Source: an uncultured Bacilli bacterium (lineage in GTDB: Bacteria > Bacillota_I > Bacilli_A > RF39 > UBA660). Taken from it: a stretch of DNA of 61,135 nucleotides. The position numbers and the translations under genes were made by a program. Where the stretch lies: assembly GCA_944358535.1 (NCBI GenBank), contig CALVRH010000004.1, positions 1 to 61,135 on the forward strand, in the 5' to 3' direction. Positions 20,261-28,604 of the stretch are shown here, piece by piece (the first letter of the stretch is position 1; each line of letters opens with the position of its first letter). The notes beneath the pieces were generated by a model. The model saw only the letters and a program-made list of their open reading frames with translations, was not told the DNA's origin and made no database searches.

Positions 20261-20908
20261 ATGAATAATTTATATTTCAAAGGATTATCTACTGATAATC
20301 AAGAATTAGAAAAAATTAGAAGTATGTTTAAGGAAAATGATTTAAGATTTACAAATGTTTTTTATAGTTATGAAGGCCTACCTCTTTTTTCAAAAGAAAA
20401 ATTAAATGCAGCCATTGATGATGAAGTTAGAAGAAGCAACCCTATAGGACAAGACGTAAACATTATTTGTCATTCTATGGGATGTAATTTAGGAATATTA
20501 AATGCCGAAAAATCCTCTAAAGTAAAAAAAATGATTTTAATTTCACCAGAGTTTGGAGAATATTCTAAAAAAGAAAAAAGAATAATTGAAGAAGCAAAAA
20601 CTCATCCTTCTATTCAAAGACCTTTTGGAGAAAAAAGTAAAAAAATTAGCGGAGAAACTGCCAAATCAATCATTTTATTTAATAGAACCAAACCATGGGC
20701 CACTTTAGCTCTTGAAAGAGTTAATGTTCCAATTTTAATTATATATTCTAAAGATGATATTTTTATACCAAAAGAATATCTACACCGCTTAGCCAATAGA
20801 AAAGATAACGTAGAGATTGAAATTATTAATTCAAAATTACATAATCCATTAACAAGTATTGATCATGGAAGTAAAACTATGAGTTTAATTAAAAATCATT
20901 TAAGATGA
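20261..20908 (+). CDS. Alpha/beta-hydrolase fold protein (putative esterase)
   Basis: Nucleophile-elbow motif HSMGC, downstream D and H candidates, and about 215 aa. Confidence 0.6.
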   Translation: MNNLYFKGLSTDNQELEKIRSMFKENDLRFTNVFYSYEGLPLFSKEKLNAAIDDEVRRSNPIGQDVNIICHSMGCNLGILNAEKSSKVKKMILISPEFGEYSKKEKRIIEEAKTHPSIQRPFGEKSKKISGETAKSIILFNRTKPWATLALERVNVPILIIYSKDDIFIPKEYLHRLANRKDNVEIEIINSKLHNPLTSIDHGSKTMSLIKNHLR

Positions 20909-20931
20909 GAATGCCTTTTGCATTCTTTTTC
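20908..20931 (+). terminator. Intrinsic terminator
   Basis: AGAATGC-CTTTT-GCATTCT followed by TTTT. Confidence 0.7.
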
Positions 20932-21023
20932 CTTTTGTAAAGTATAAGTAAAATAACAGTTAAAAACACTTTACAATATATTATTTATTCACCTTTTAAG
21001 GTATAATTATTATAGGTGATAAT

Positions 21024-23063
21024 ATGGAAAATAAAGATTTTAATAATACATCATATACATCTAGAACTGAAAGAAAAAAGTTTGAAGAAGAACTTAAAAA
21101 TAAACAAACTCAAAAGGAAAAAGAGTTAGAAGAAAAAAGAGCTGAACTTAAAAATATTATCTTTGATGATGGAAAGAAAAATGTTTATAAAAATCCTAAA
21201 AAACAAAGAAGACAAGAATTTGATGATACCAAAGAAGAAATAAAAAAGCCAAAAGCCGCTAACATGTTTCTTTCATTAACCTATGTTATTACGATTACTG
21301 TTTTCATTTATTTAATTGTTGATTCAGCAAATCAAATAAATCAAATTTATCAAATCATCAATGCCTTTTTCCTTCTAATAATTATGACATGCTTTTTAAT
21401 TAGTTTTAAAAAATCATTTTTCAAAAATAAATCTGCTCCAACTATTGTTACAGCACTAATTGTTCTTGGAGCTATAGCTTTTAATGGTCTATATATGACA
21501 GATATAATTAGTTTACCAACCCAAAGCTATTTACCAAATTTTGAAAGTGAAAATTTAACTAAAGCAATTAACTGGACTGAAGAAAACAATGTTAAAACAG
21601 ATCAAAACTTTGAATATAGTGATACAACTCAAAAATATAGTGTAATAAGTCAAAGTAAAAAACCAGAAACTTTAACTAAAAATATAGACAATGTTGAATT
21701 TGTTGTTTCTAATGGCCCAGACTATAATAAAGATGTAATTCTAGCCGATATGACAGGATGGAATGTTGATGATGTTTTAGATTTTATTAATGAAAATTTC
21801 TTAAATAGTGTTACTATTAACTTTGAAGAAAATACAAGTGTTAAAAAAGATACAGTAATATCACAAAATAAAACAGGAACAATAAAAAGAAATGATCCAA
21901 TTATATTTACAGTATCTTTAGGAGATAAAGCTGCTCTATCCCCTATTAAATTAAAAGACTTAAAAAACGAAAGTTTATTAAATGCCGAAGTTTATTTAGG
22001 CCGTAATGGGATTTTATATGAATTAAAATATGAATTTTCAGACAATATAGAAAAAGATCATGTAATAAGCAGTAATCCTAAAAAAGGAACAACTGTAAAT
22101 CCAGATGACTCAGTTACTTTAACTATTTCTAAAGGTAAAGAAATAAAAGTTCCTAATTTAAAAAATAAAACAATGGCTTATGTTACAAAATGGATGGTTG
22201 AAAATAATTTACAAATCAATTATTCAGATAAATATGATAATGAAATTAAATCTGGCCGTGTAATTGAAAGTAATTATAAAGAAGGAGATATAATTGAAGA
22301 AGGGACAACTGTTGATATAACCTTCTCTAAAGGTCCACTTGTTATGAAAAAATTCGATAATATAAATGACTTTAAGAGTTGGGCTGATACAAATGGTATT
22401 AAATATGAAATAAAAGAAGAATTTAATGATGAAATTGAAAAAGATAAAATTATTAAAACTTCTATCGAAGAAGGAGCAAATATTAATTTAGAAGAAACCA
22501 TTACAGTATACGTTTCTAAAGGAACTGCTGTGACTGTTCCAAACTTTAATGGAATGACTAAATCTGAAGCTAAAAAAGAATGTGATAATTTAGGTATTAA
22601 TTGTACGTTCAAAGAAGAATATTCTACAAAATCATCAGGAAAAGTTATTAATCAAAGCATTGCAGAAGGAACACAAATTTCAAAAGGAGATACAATTACT
22701 ATAACTATTGCTACTGATAAAAAGACAGCTAGCAATTCAAATAAAACATCAAGCTCTAGTTCATCTTCTAACTCATCAAGCAATAGTTCATCAAACAATT
22801 CTGGTTCATCAGGTGGAAATTCAAATGGCGGAACAACTGCTCCAACTTGTGAAACTATAGAATTAAATATAGCTCCAAGTTGGGTCAAAATTGGTGATCC
22901 AAATGCAACATGTAATAACTTAGAATCAAAATATGGTAAATTTATTACATGTAAAATAATTGCTGCTAATAATGGCACAAGTGGTCAAATATTAAACATG
23001 AGTGAAATACAAGGAACTATAGCAAACTCTTGTAAAAAAACTATTATAAATGTTAAAGAATAA
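21024..23063 (+). CDS. Membrane protein with six extracellular PASTA domains, lacking both kinase and PBP domains
   Basis: K/E-rich cytoplasmic N-terminus, three TM segments, six ~65-aa repeats ending in S(K/N)G, a Ser-rich linker, and a 4-Cys C-terminal module. Confidence 0.75.
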   Translation: MENKDFNNTSYTSRTERKKFEEELKNKQTQKEKELEEKRAELKNIIFDDGKKNVYKNPKKQRRQEFDDTKEEIKKPKAANMFLSLTYVITITVFIYLIVDSANQINQIYQIINAFFLLIIMTCFLISFKKSFFKNKSAPTIVTALIVLGAIAFNGLYMTDIISLPTQSYLPNFESENLTKAINWTEENNVKTDQNFEYSDTTQKYSVISQSKKPETLTKNIDNVEFVVSNGPDYNKDVILADMTGWNVDDVLDFINENFLNSVTINFEENTSVKKDTVISQNKTGTIKRNDPIIFTVSLGDKAALSPIKLKDLKNESLLNAEVYLGRNGILYELKYEFSDNIEKDHVISSNPKKGTTVNPDDSVTLTISKGKEIKVPNLKNKTMAYVTKWMVENNLQINYSDKYDNEIKSGRVIESNYKEGDIIEEGTTVDITFSKGPLVMKKFDNINDFKSWADTNGIKYEIKEEFNDEIEKDKIIKTSIEEGANINLEETITVYVSKGTAVTVPNFNGMTKSEAKKECDNLGINCTFKEEYSTKSSGKVINQSIAEGTQISKGDTITITIATDKKTASNSNKTSSSSSSSNSSSNSSSNNSGSSGGNSNGGTTAPTCETIELNIAPSWVKIGDPNATCNNLESKYGKFITCKIIAANNGTSGQILNMSEIQGTIANSCKKTIINVKE

Positions 23064-23090
23064 TCAAAATTTTATGATTATTCTTTTTTT
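23058..23090 (+). terminator. Intrinsic terminator
   Basis: GAATAATCA-loop-TGATTATTC followed by TTTTTTT. Confidence 0.75.
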
Positions 23091-23099
23091 ATAAGTAAT

Positions 23100-23121
23100 G
23101 TTTGCAAAAAGTTATTTACAA
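23100..23121 (+). repeat. 22-nt element GTTTGCAAAAAGTTATTTACAA, copy 1 (the identical copy 2 is at 61100-61121)
   Basis: Exact identity read at both positions. Copy 1 contains the -35 hexamer of the promoter at 23115-23143. Confidence 0.9.
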
Positions 23122-23143
23122 TGTTAACAATGTGTGATATTAT
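23115..23143 (+). promoter_or_regulatory. Strong sigma-A promoter with extended -10 (TTTACA-17-TGaTATTAT)
   Basis: Hexamers and spacing read directly. It lies 25 nt upstream of the ORF at 23169. Confidence 0.55.
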
Positions 23144-23168
23144 ATGCTTATAAAAATGGAGTGATGAT

Positions 23169-23792
23169 ATGAAAATAAGAAATAAAAACATAAATATTAA
23201 TGATAAAATTCCTTTTATATATGTAGAAAATTATATTAATGCAAGAACATATGGTGATATGAATTTATTAAAAGAAAAAGTTAAAAATAAATTATATAAT
23301 TGTAAAGGAGTAATTATAAATTACCCTACAGGATTTAGCGCTAAAATTACTAATATCACTATTAATAAAATTATTTATCCAACATCTCATTTTAAGGCTT
23401 TTAATACAAAATACATAGATAATCTAAATGCTTCATATTATTTAAAGTACTTATTTAAAAATGCAATTTATATCGACACTTTAAAACCAATGAAACAAAA
23501 AACAAACAACCAAAATGAAATAGGTTATCACCATTTTGTTGCCCCTATTAAAATGAACGGAAAATGCTACAAAGCATTGATTACTGTTAAAGAAAGAATA
23601 AATTCTAAAATTTTGTATGTTGTTTCTGTCAATTTATTTAAATTTAATTATAAAAAAAATGATATTTCAGTAAAAACATTAATTAATAATATTGATATAT
23701 GGAATTACGATTTAAAAAATTATAATCATTATACCTATAATGACTTTGTTGCTGAAAATATTGATGGTGATTATATCTGGCTAATCGCATAA
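23169..23792 (+). CDS. Hypothetical cytoplasmic protein (orphan)
   Basis: ORF with a GGAG RBS and its own promoter and terminator. No signal peptide or TM. A weak resemblance to small modules of mobile-element polyvalent proteins is unverified. Confidence 0.5.
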   Translation: MKIRNKNININDKIPFIYVENYINARTYGDMNLLKEKVKNKLYNCKGVIINYPTGFSAKITNITINKIIYPTSHFKAFNTKYIDNLNASYYLKYLFKNAIYIDTLKPMKQKTNNQNEIGYHHFVAPIKMNGKCYKALITVKERINSKILYVVSVNLFKFNYKKNDISVKTLINNIDIWNYDLKNYNHYTYNDFVAENIDGDYIWLIA

Positions 23793-23858
23793 GAAAAAGA
23801 GAGCCCAGGCACAAGCAATAGCTTCTGCATCTTATGGAATCTCTCTTTTTCATTTTTT
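23793..23858. terminator. Bidirectional terminator between convergent genes
   Basis: GAAAAAGAGAG ... CTCTCTTTTTC outer stem with an inner GCA/AGC-GCT/TGC stem, and T-rich flanks. Confidence 0.5.
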
Positions 23859-23894
23859 ATATTATCACAATAAGTTAATTATGTCAACTATATT

Positions 23895-26800
23895 TTACTC
23901 AACTTCTAATTCTACTCTATAACGAACTTTATCATTCAAATATAATTTATATTTTTTTCCATTTATTGAACCATGTGCTTTATCAAAACTTGTAAATAAT
24001 AGAACGTCACTCAATTCACCATAATCAGAGATATTCGACTTATTAGTTATATATATTGCGTATTTTCCTTTTGGTAATTCTGAAATATCAATGTTGCTAT
24101 CATACCAAGCTAAAGGTTTTTCAACACCAAACTTATCTGGAGCAACTAGTTCAATAGTAAAACTGCCTTTATTTATATAACCTAAATCAAACGTAAATTT
24201 TTCAAAAGTATCAACATTTTCAAAAATAATTTGTCTTGATATTTTCGCATCATTATTCATATTCACATCAACAGAATATGATGCACCTTTTAAATGTAAA
24301 TACTTATCATTTAATTCTACTTCTTCAATATAACTATATTGATTTGTATCAGCTGAAGTTTCTTTTTTTGCAAGTTCACTATCTCTTATCGTAAAATTAA
24401 CTGGTATATCAACGCTCATATAATCATTAGTAATTGTTACATATTTATTTTTTGTATTGTATTGTGACTCTTGTTCATTTAGAAAAATATTTTTAACTAA
24501 TGATTTTGAATAGTAATCACTATTAGTAGATTTTAAATATAATGTATAATCACCTTTTGGAATGCTATCAAAATTAATGTTACCAATAAACCAAGAATAA
24601 GTATAATCATAATTATCTTCTGATATAACAGGTATTGTCATTTGACTTTTATCGGTAATTCTTTCAAGTTGTTGTGAATACTCTTTTTTTGTGTTTTGAT
24701 TAACTAAAATAAGTTCGTATATTATATCAGCACTTAAATTATTATCAACACCTTTAATGGTATTATATCCCTTAATTTGTAAGTTACCATCTATTTCTTT
24801 TAAATAATCTAAATAAAATTCTCCATCTTTTTCTTCTAATACTTTTTCACTAACAGTAACTGTGATTGTTTTAGTGACTGTTTGTTCATATGAATCAGTT
24901 ACTGAATAAGTTACTTTATATTTACCTAAAGTATCAGTTTTTACTTCATTTAAATCAACATTAATTTTTGTAATAGTTCCATCTTCAGGATCATAAGCTG
25001 TAACACCATCCAACGGATCAAAATCACTATTCAAATAAACTGTTTTATCATATGCATTAATAACTGGAAGCTGATTTACAATAACTTTAACAGTTATAGT
25101 TTTTTCGGTCTTTTGACCATTTTTATCAGTAACTATATAAGTAACCTTATAATCCCCTACTGTATCAGTTTTAACTTCACCTTTATATTCAATTTTTTCA
25201 ATAGGTCCATCCTCAGCATCACTAGCCGTAACACCTTCTAAAGGATCAAAATCACTATTTAAATAAATTTCTTTATCTGATGCATTAATAACTGGCTTTT
25301 CATTAGGAATAACTGTTACATTAATAGTTTTACTTGCTTCTTTACCTTTAGCATCTTTTACTTTATAAGTAACCTCATAAGTATCAGCAATATCTGTATT
25401 AACTGTCTCTTCATAAGTAATATCATCAGTTAAATCTGTCCCATCATGTGCCTTAGCACTTACACCATCCATGTAATCAAACTCTTCGAATTGTTTAACT
25501 TCCTTATCTTCAGCAGTAATTATAGGAAGCTCAGCAGATATAACCTTAACAGTAATTGTTTTACTAGCATGGAAATTACTATTATCTACTACTGTATAAG
25601 TAACATGATATGTGCCTTCTTTTTCAGGTTTAACATCACTTTCATATGTGATTCTACTTGTTAAATTACCATTTTCTACATCACTTGCACTAACGCCTTC
25701 TAAAGGATTAAATACATCTCCTTCTTTAATTGTTTTATCAGAAGCAGTAATTACTGGTTGATTATTGGAAACATTAACTTCATTAGCTAAAACATAACCA
25801 TAAAGTAGATTTTCACTTGTAGGTAAATCAGTATATACTTTATAAAACCATTCATTGTTAGCACCTAACACCTTATCTACTACATTTACAGAAACATCAT
25901 AAACCAAAGCATTTGTATTTGGATTTTTCAAACTATATCTATGAGCCGCATCACTTCTTTCAGGCTTATCAAAAACCCATACATTAGCAAAACTTTTATT
26001 TGTAACTCCAATAGTACTTGAATTAAAGTCTTTTCCGCCATAATCTAAATCACTTAAGAACGAATTACTAGCCTGTTTTTCTCCCCAATAAGGATCTGAT
26101 GCGTATTTAACATTTCTACCACTTGATTTATTACCATAATGACCACCGTAGTAATAAGCACCAGTAACTAACGAATAATTTGAACCTGTTCTTTTTGCAT
26201 AATCCATAATTGAATCCCTTGGACTATCATACGAATATGCCCCATCATAAGGATTGCTATCAGAAGCACCATAACCAAATAAGTTATTCTTATCCATTGC
26301 TATTTTACTAGTACCATTCGCACTTTCATTCATGGCTGTACTAAACATCATCAAAGCATTTTGTCCATAAGTTGCTTCAGCTTCTTTGAAATACTGCCCT
26401 GTTCCATACATTTTAGAAGTTGATGCATTATAACCTTTACTTGCAATTATATTATCCAAATCACTTGCAGTATAACCTGTTACTGAATGGCTTGGTAAAT
26501 AAACATAATAAGCATAATAAGGACTATTATAATTAACACTGCCTGAATATTTACCAGCTCTATAATCATCAAGCATAGATGTTACACTTGAATAAAAATA
26601 TATTCCATCAAAACTATAATATCTTACATCTTTTGTCAAAAACGAAGGAGCAGTTCCTAAATTAGTAAAAGTATCACCATATCCAGAACCATTATAATAA
26701 GTAAAATGATGGATTAAATTACCCGTAGGTCCATAATGATTATAATAAGTTCCAAGAGTGTTTGAACCAGTCAAAACAGTAACACTATCTGTTTTAGCAA

Positions 26801-27431
26801 TCCAAGCTTCTGATCCATTATAACTAATTTTATACCATGTATAACCATCAGCTTGTCTAGTTTCTGTATAACTAAAATTAGAAGTAGTTCCAACCTGAGT
26901 TATAACAGAACCTTTTAATGATGGAGTTTTTCTAATTCTTATACCTAAACCTCCAGGAACATTTATCATATTACCATTAATTCCCATTAAAGAAATCGGA
27001 GTAACAACACCATTACTTATTTCAGTCCAACCTGTATATCCACTTATCATCACTTTAACTCTTCCATTATCACTATATCCAAGTAAAGCCGCATCAGTAC
27101 CATATGAACCATGAATATAAGTATAAGCAGATCCAGTGGCAGAAGTATATAAATTATATGTTTTACCCGGTTTAAATTTAAAAATCGCATATTTACTATC
27201 TACAGGAACACCATCTCTATAAATAGTTGCTACACTACTAGATGTCGAATTTTGGGCATTCATCGCATTCAAAGCCGCGCTATAGCTATTATAACTTCCA
27301 ACAACCTTATTACCAGTTTGATTCGAAACCATCTCTACAGTATATGTAGATGCTGCTTCTACTCTATGAAAAGGTATGAAACCAAGCATAAAAAACATTA
27401 TAACAAATATAGCTTTATATCTTTTTTTCAT
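23895..27431 (-). CDS. Large secreted modular autolysin: SH3b-like domain, GH73 N-acetylglucosaminidase, four Ig-like (DUF5011-type) repeats and two C-terminal repeat modules
   Basis: Signal peptide. GH73 block FSTAMNESANGTSK...NLFGYGA...YASDPYWG. Four ~75-aa repeats starting P(V/I)I(T/N)A.DK. The start was set to the ATG at 27431, 9 nt after GGAGG (the track begins at a GTG). Confidence 0.85.
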   Translation of the reverse strand: MKKRYKAIFVIMFFMLGFIPFHRVEAASTYTVEMVSNQTGNKVVGSYNSYSAALNAMNAQNSTSSSVATIYRDGVPVDSKYAIFKFKPGKTYNLYTSATGSAYTYIHGSYGTDAALLGYSDNGRVKVMISGYTGWTEISNGVVTPISLMGINGNMINVPGGLGIRIRKTPSLKGSVITQVGTTSNFSYTETRQADGYTWYKISYNGSEAWIAKTDSVTVLTGSNTLGTYYNHYGPTGNLIHHFTYYNGSGYGDTFTNLGTAPSFLTKDVRYYSFDGIYFYSSVTSMLDDYRAGKYSGSVNYNSPYYAYYVYLPSHSVTGYTASDLDNIIASKGYNASTSKMYGTGQYFKEAEATYGQNALMMFSTAMNESANGTSKIAMDKNNLFGYGASDSNPYDGAYSYDSPRDSIMDYAKRTGSNYSLVTGAYYYGGHYGNKSSGRNVKYASDPYWGEKQASNSFLSDLDYGGKDFNSSTIGVTNKSFANVWVFDKPERSDAAHRYSLKNPNTNALVYDVSVNVVDKVLGANNEWFYKVYTDLPTSENLLYGYVLANEVNVSNNQPVITASDKTIKEGDVFNPLEGVSASDVENGNLTSRITYESDVKPEKEGTYHVTYTVVDNSNFHASKTITVKVISAELPIITAEDKEVKQFEEFDYMDGVSAKAHDGTDLTDDITYEETVNTDIADTYEVTYKVKDAKGKEASKTINVTVIPNEKPVINASDKEIYLNSDFDPLEGVTASDAEDGPIEKIEYKGEVKTDTVGDYKVTYIVTDKNGQKTEKTITVKVIVNQLPVINAYDKTVYLNSDFDPLDGVTAYDPEDGTITKINVDLNEVKTDTLGKYKVTYSVTDSYEQTVTKTITVTVSEKVLEEKDGEFYLDYLKEIDGNLQIKGYNTIKGVDNNLSADIIYELILVNQNTKKEYSQQLERITDKSQMTIPVISEDNYDYTYSWFIGNINFDSIPKGDYTLYLKSTNSDYYSKSLVKNIFLNEQESQYNTKNKYVTITNDYMSVDIPVNFTIRDSELAKKETSADTNQYSYIEEVELNDKYLHLKGASYSVDVNMNNDAKISRQIIFENVDTFEKFTFDLGYINKGSFTIELVAPDKFGVEKPLAWYDSNIDISELPKGKYAIYITNKSNISDYGELSDVLLFTSFDKAHGSINGKKYKLYLNDKVRYRVELEVE

Positions 27432-27461
27432 ATGCACTGCCCTCCTAATTATTCTATAAAT

Positions 27462-27490
27462 ATTATATCAAATAATAGGTATATTGTATA
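27462..27490 (-). promoter_or_regulatory. Promoter of the autolysin gene (TATACA-17-TGaTATAAT, extended -10)
   Basis: Read on the minus strand. Confidence 0.45.
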
Positions 27491-27520
27491 TGGACATCTA
27501 ACCATAATTAGACACTATTT

Positions 27521-27553
27521 GACAAAAAAAATCATAATTTTAAAATTATGATT
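27521..27553 (-). terminator. Intrinsic terminator with no upstream ORF
   Basis: Perfect 26-bp palindrome AAATCATAATTTTAAAATTATGATTT followed on the minus strand by T7. Confidence 0.6.
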
Positions 27554-27573
27554 TAAAACAATAAATTTAACAA

Positions 27574-27617
27574 GAAAAAAAGAGTTACCCCAAATCATAG
27601 AAAACTTAATTGGGTAA
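27574..27617 (-). terminator. Intrinsic terminator with no upstream ORF
   Basis: Minus strand TTACCCAA-loop-TTGGGGTAA followed by CTCTTTTTTT. Confidence 0.55.
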
Positions 27618-27653
27618 AAAAACAAGCGACCATATAACGCAAAATTTCTTTTG
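27574..27653 (-). ncRNA. Candidate ~80-nt small RNA (or attenuated leader) between the promoter at 27661-27689 and the terminator
   Basis: Promoter plus 5' hairpin GCAAAAGAAATTTTGC plus terminator, with no ORF of plausible size. Confidence 0.25.
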
Positions 27654-27660
27654 CACTCCT

Positions 27661-27689
27661 ATCATAAAAAAAACCTTAAAAAAAATCAA
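27661..27689 (-). promoter_or_regulatory. Candidate promoter TTGATT-17-TATGAT
   Basis: Hexamers and 17-nt spacing read on the minus strand. Confidence 0.4.
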
Positions 27690-27713
27690 CACTTATAAAA
27701 ATAAAACATAAAA

Positions 27714-27735
27714 TTGTGTAAAATATTTTACACAA
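27714..27735. promoter_or_regulatory. Perfect 22-bp palindrome TTGTGTAAAATATTTTACACAA (candidate operator)
   Basis: Read directly. The right half contains the -35 TTTACA of the downstream promoter. Confidence 0.5.
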
Positions 27736-27756
27736 AAGCTTCTTTTATGATAAAAT
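27727..27756 (+). promoter_or_regulatory. Promoter of the CDP-alcohol phosphatidyltransferase gene (TTTACA-18-TGaTAAAAT)
   Basis: Hexamers read directly, about 25 nt upstream of the GGAGG RBS. Confidence 0.5.
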
Positions 27757-27779
27757 ATTAAGCAAATTGGAGGAATTAA

Positions 27780-28595
27780 ATGAATACAATTAAAAGCACT
27801 GCAAAAAAATTTACCAAAGGACTATTTAATCCTGATAATAAATTATCATTAATACCAAATTGGCTTTCTTTTTCTAGGGTTATTGGTGGAATAGCAATTC
27901 CAATTATGGCTTATACTGGTACATCTTTGCCTATTTTATTCGGAACCATAAGTTTTTTAGCAATATCCGATTTTTTAGATGGTAAAGCCGCTAGAATTAT
28001 TGCTAAAGAAGAAACAAATGAAGGAGCAATGTTAGATGCCGTTTCTGATAAAATATTTTCACTCGCATTAATCATTGGTATATTACCAGTAATGCCCGTA
28101 TTTGCTATAAACGGTATTTTAGAAGGTGTAATCTCATTAGTTAATGCAAAATTATTATCTAAAGGTGGCAATCCTAAAAGTAACTTGTTTGGAAAAATAA
28201 AAATATGGCCTCTTTCCATTGCTTTAATTTTAAGTTATACATCACTTGTTATTCAAAACTTAAATATTGCTAATATCTCAAACGAAATATTATTAGCTAT
28301 AAGTACCGCTTTAAGCCTAGGAACCATTCCACTTCAAGCCATTAATATCAAACAATATTTAGAAGAATACAAAAACCAAACGCAAGAAAACCAAGAAGAA
28401 ACTTTAAAAGAAAATAAAAACGTTTCAGAAAACGAATTAAATAAAGAAAAAACAAACGATAAAGAAAAAACTTCACAATTTACCCTTTCAAGAGAAAACC
28501 ATCAAGCAATGGTTTATGAATTAGAAAAGCAAGAAGAAATGAATGAAATAATAGATAAAAAACAAAAAACTTACACAAAAAAAGACAAGCACTAA
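27780..28595 (+). CDS. CDP-alcohol phosphatidyltransferase family protein with a long charged C-terminal tail
   Basis: Signature DGKAAR-x8-G-x3-D-x3-D (DFLDGKAARIIAKEETNEGAMLDAVSDK). Multiple TM segments. The last ~75 aa are rich in E/K/N/Q. Confidence 0.85.
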   Translation: MNTIKSTAKKFTKGLFNPDNKLSLIPNWLSFSRVIGGIAIPIMAYTGTSLPILFGTISFLAISDFLDGKAARIIAKEETNEGAMLDAVSDKIFSLALIIGILPVMPVFAINGILEGVISLVNAKLLSKGGNPKSNLFGKIKIWPLSIALILSYTSLVIQNLNIANISNEILLAISTALSLGTIPLQAINIKQYLEEYKNQTQENQEETLKENKNVSENELNKEKTNDKEKTSQFTLSRENHQAMVYELEKQEEMNEIIDKKQKTYTKKDKH

Positions 28596-28604
28596 AGCTT
28601 GTTT

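Noticed and set aside
22730-22830. Ser-rich coding repeat in the PASTA gene as a hypervariable minisatellite
   Set aside because: The nucleotide sequence is not a clean tandem repeat because mixed Ser/Asn codons are used. It is treated as a low-complexity linker only.
27600-27639. 12-codon ORF MVACFFTQLSFL inside the candidate sRNA
   Set aside because: The nearest SD-like sequence (AGGAG) is more than 20 nt upstream, and the ORF runs into the terminator stem. There is no support for translation.
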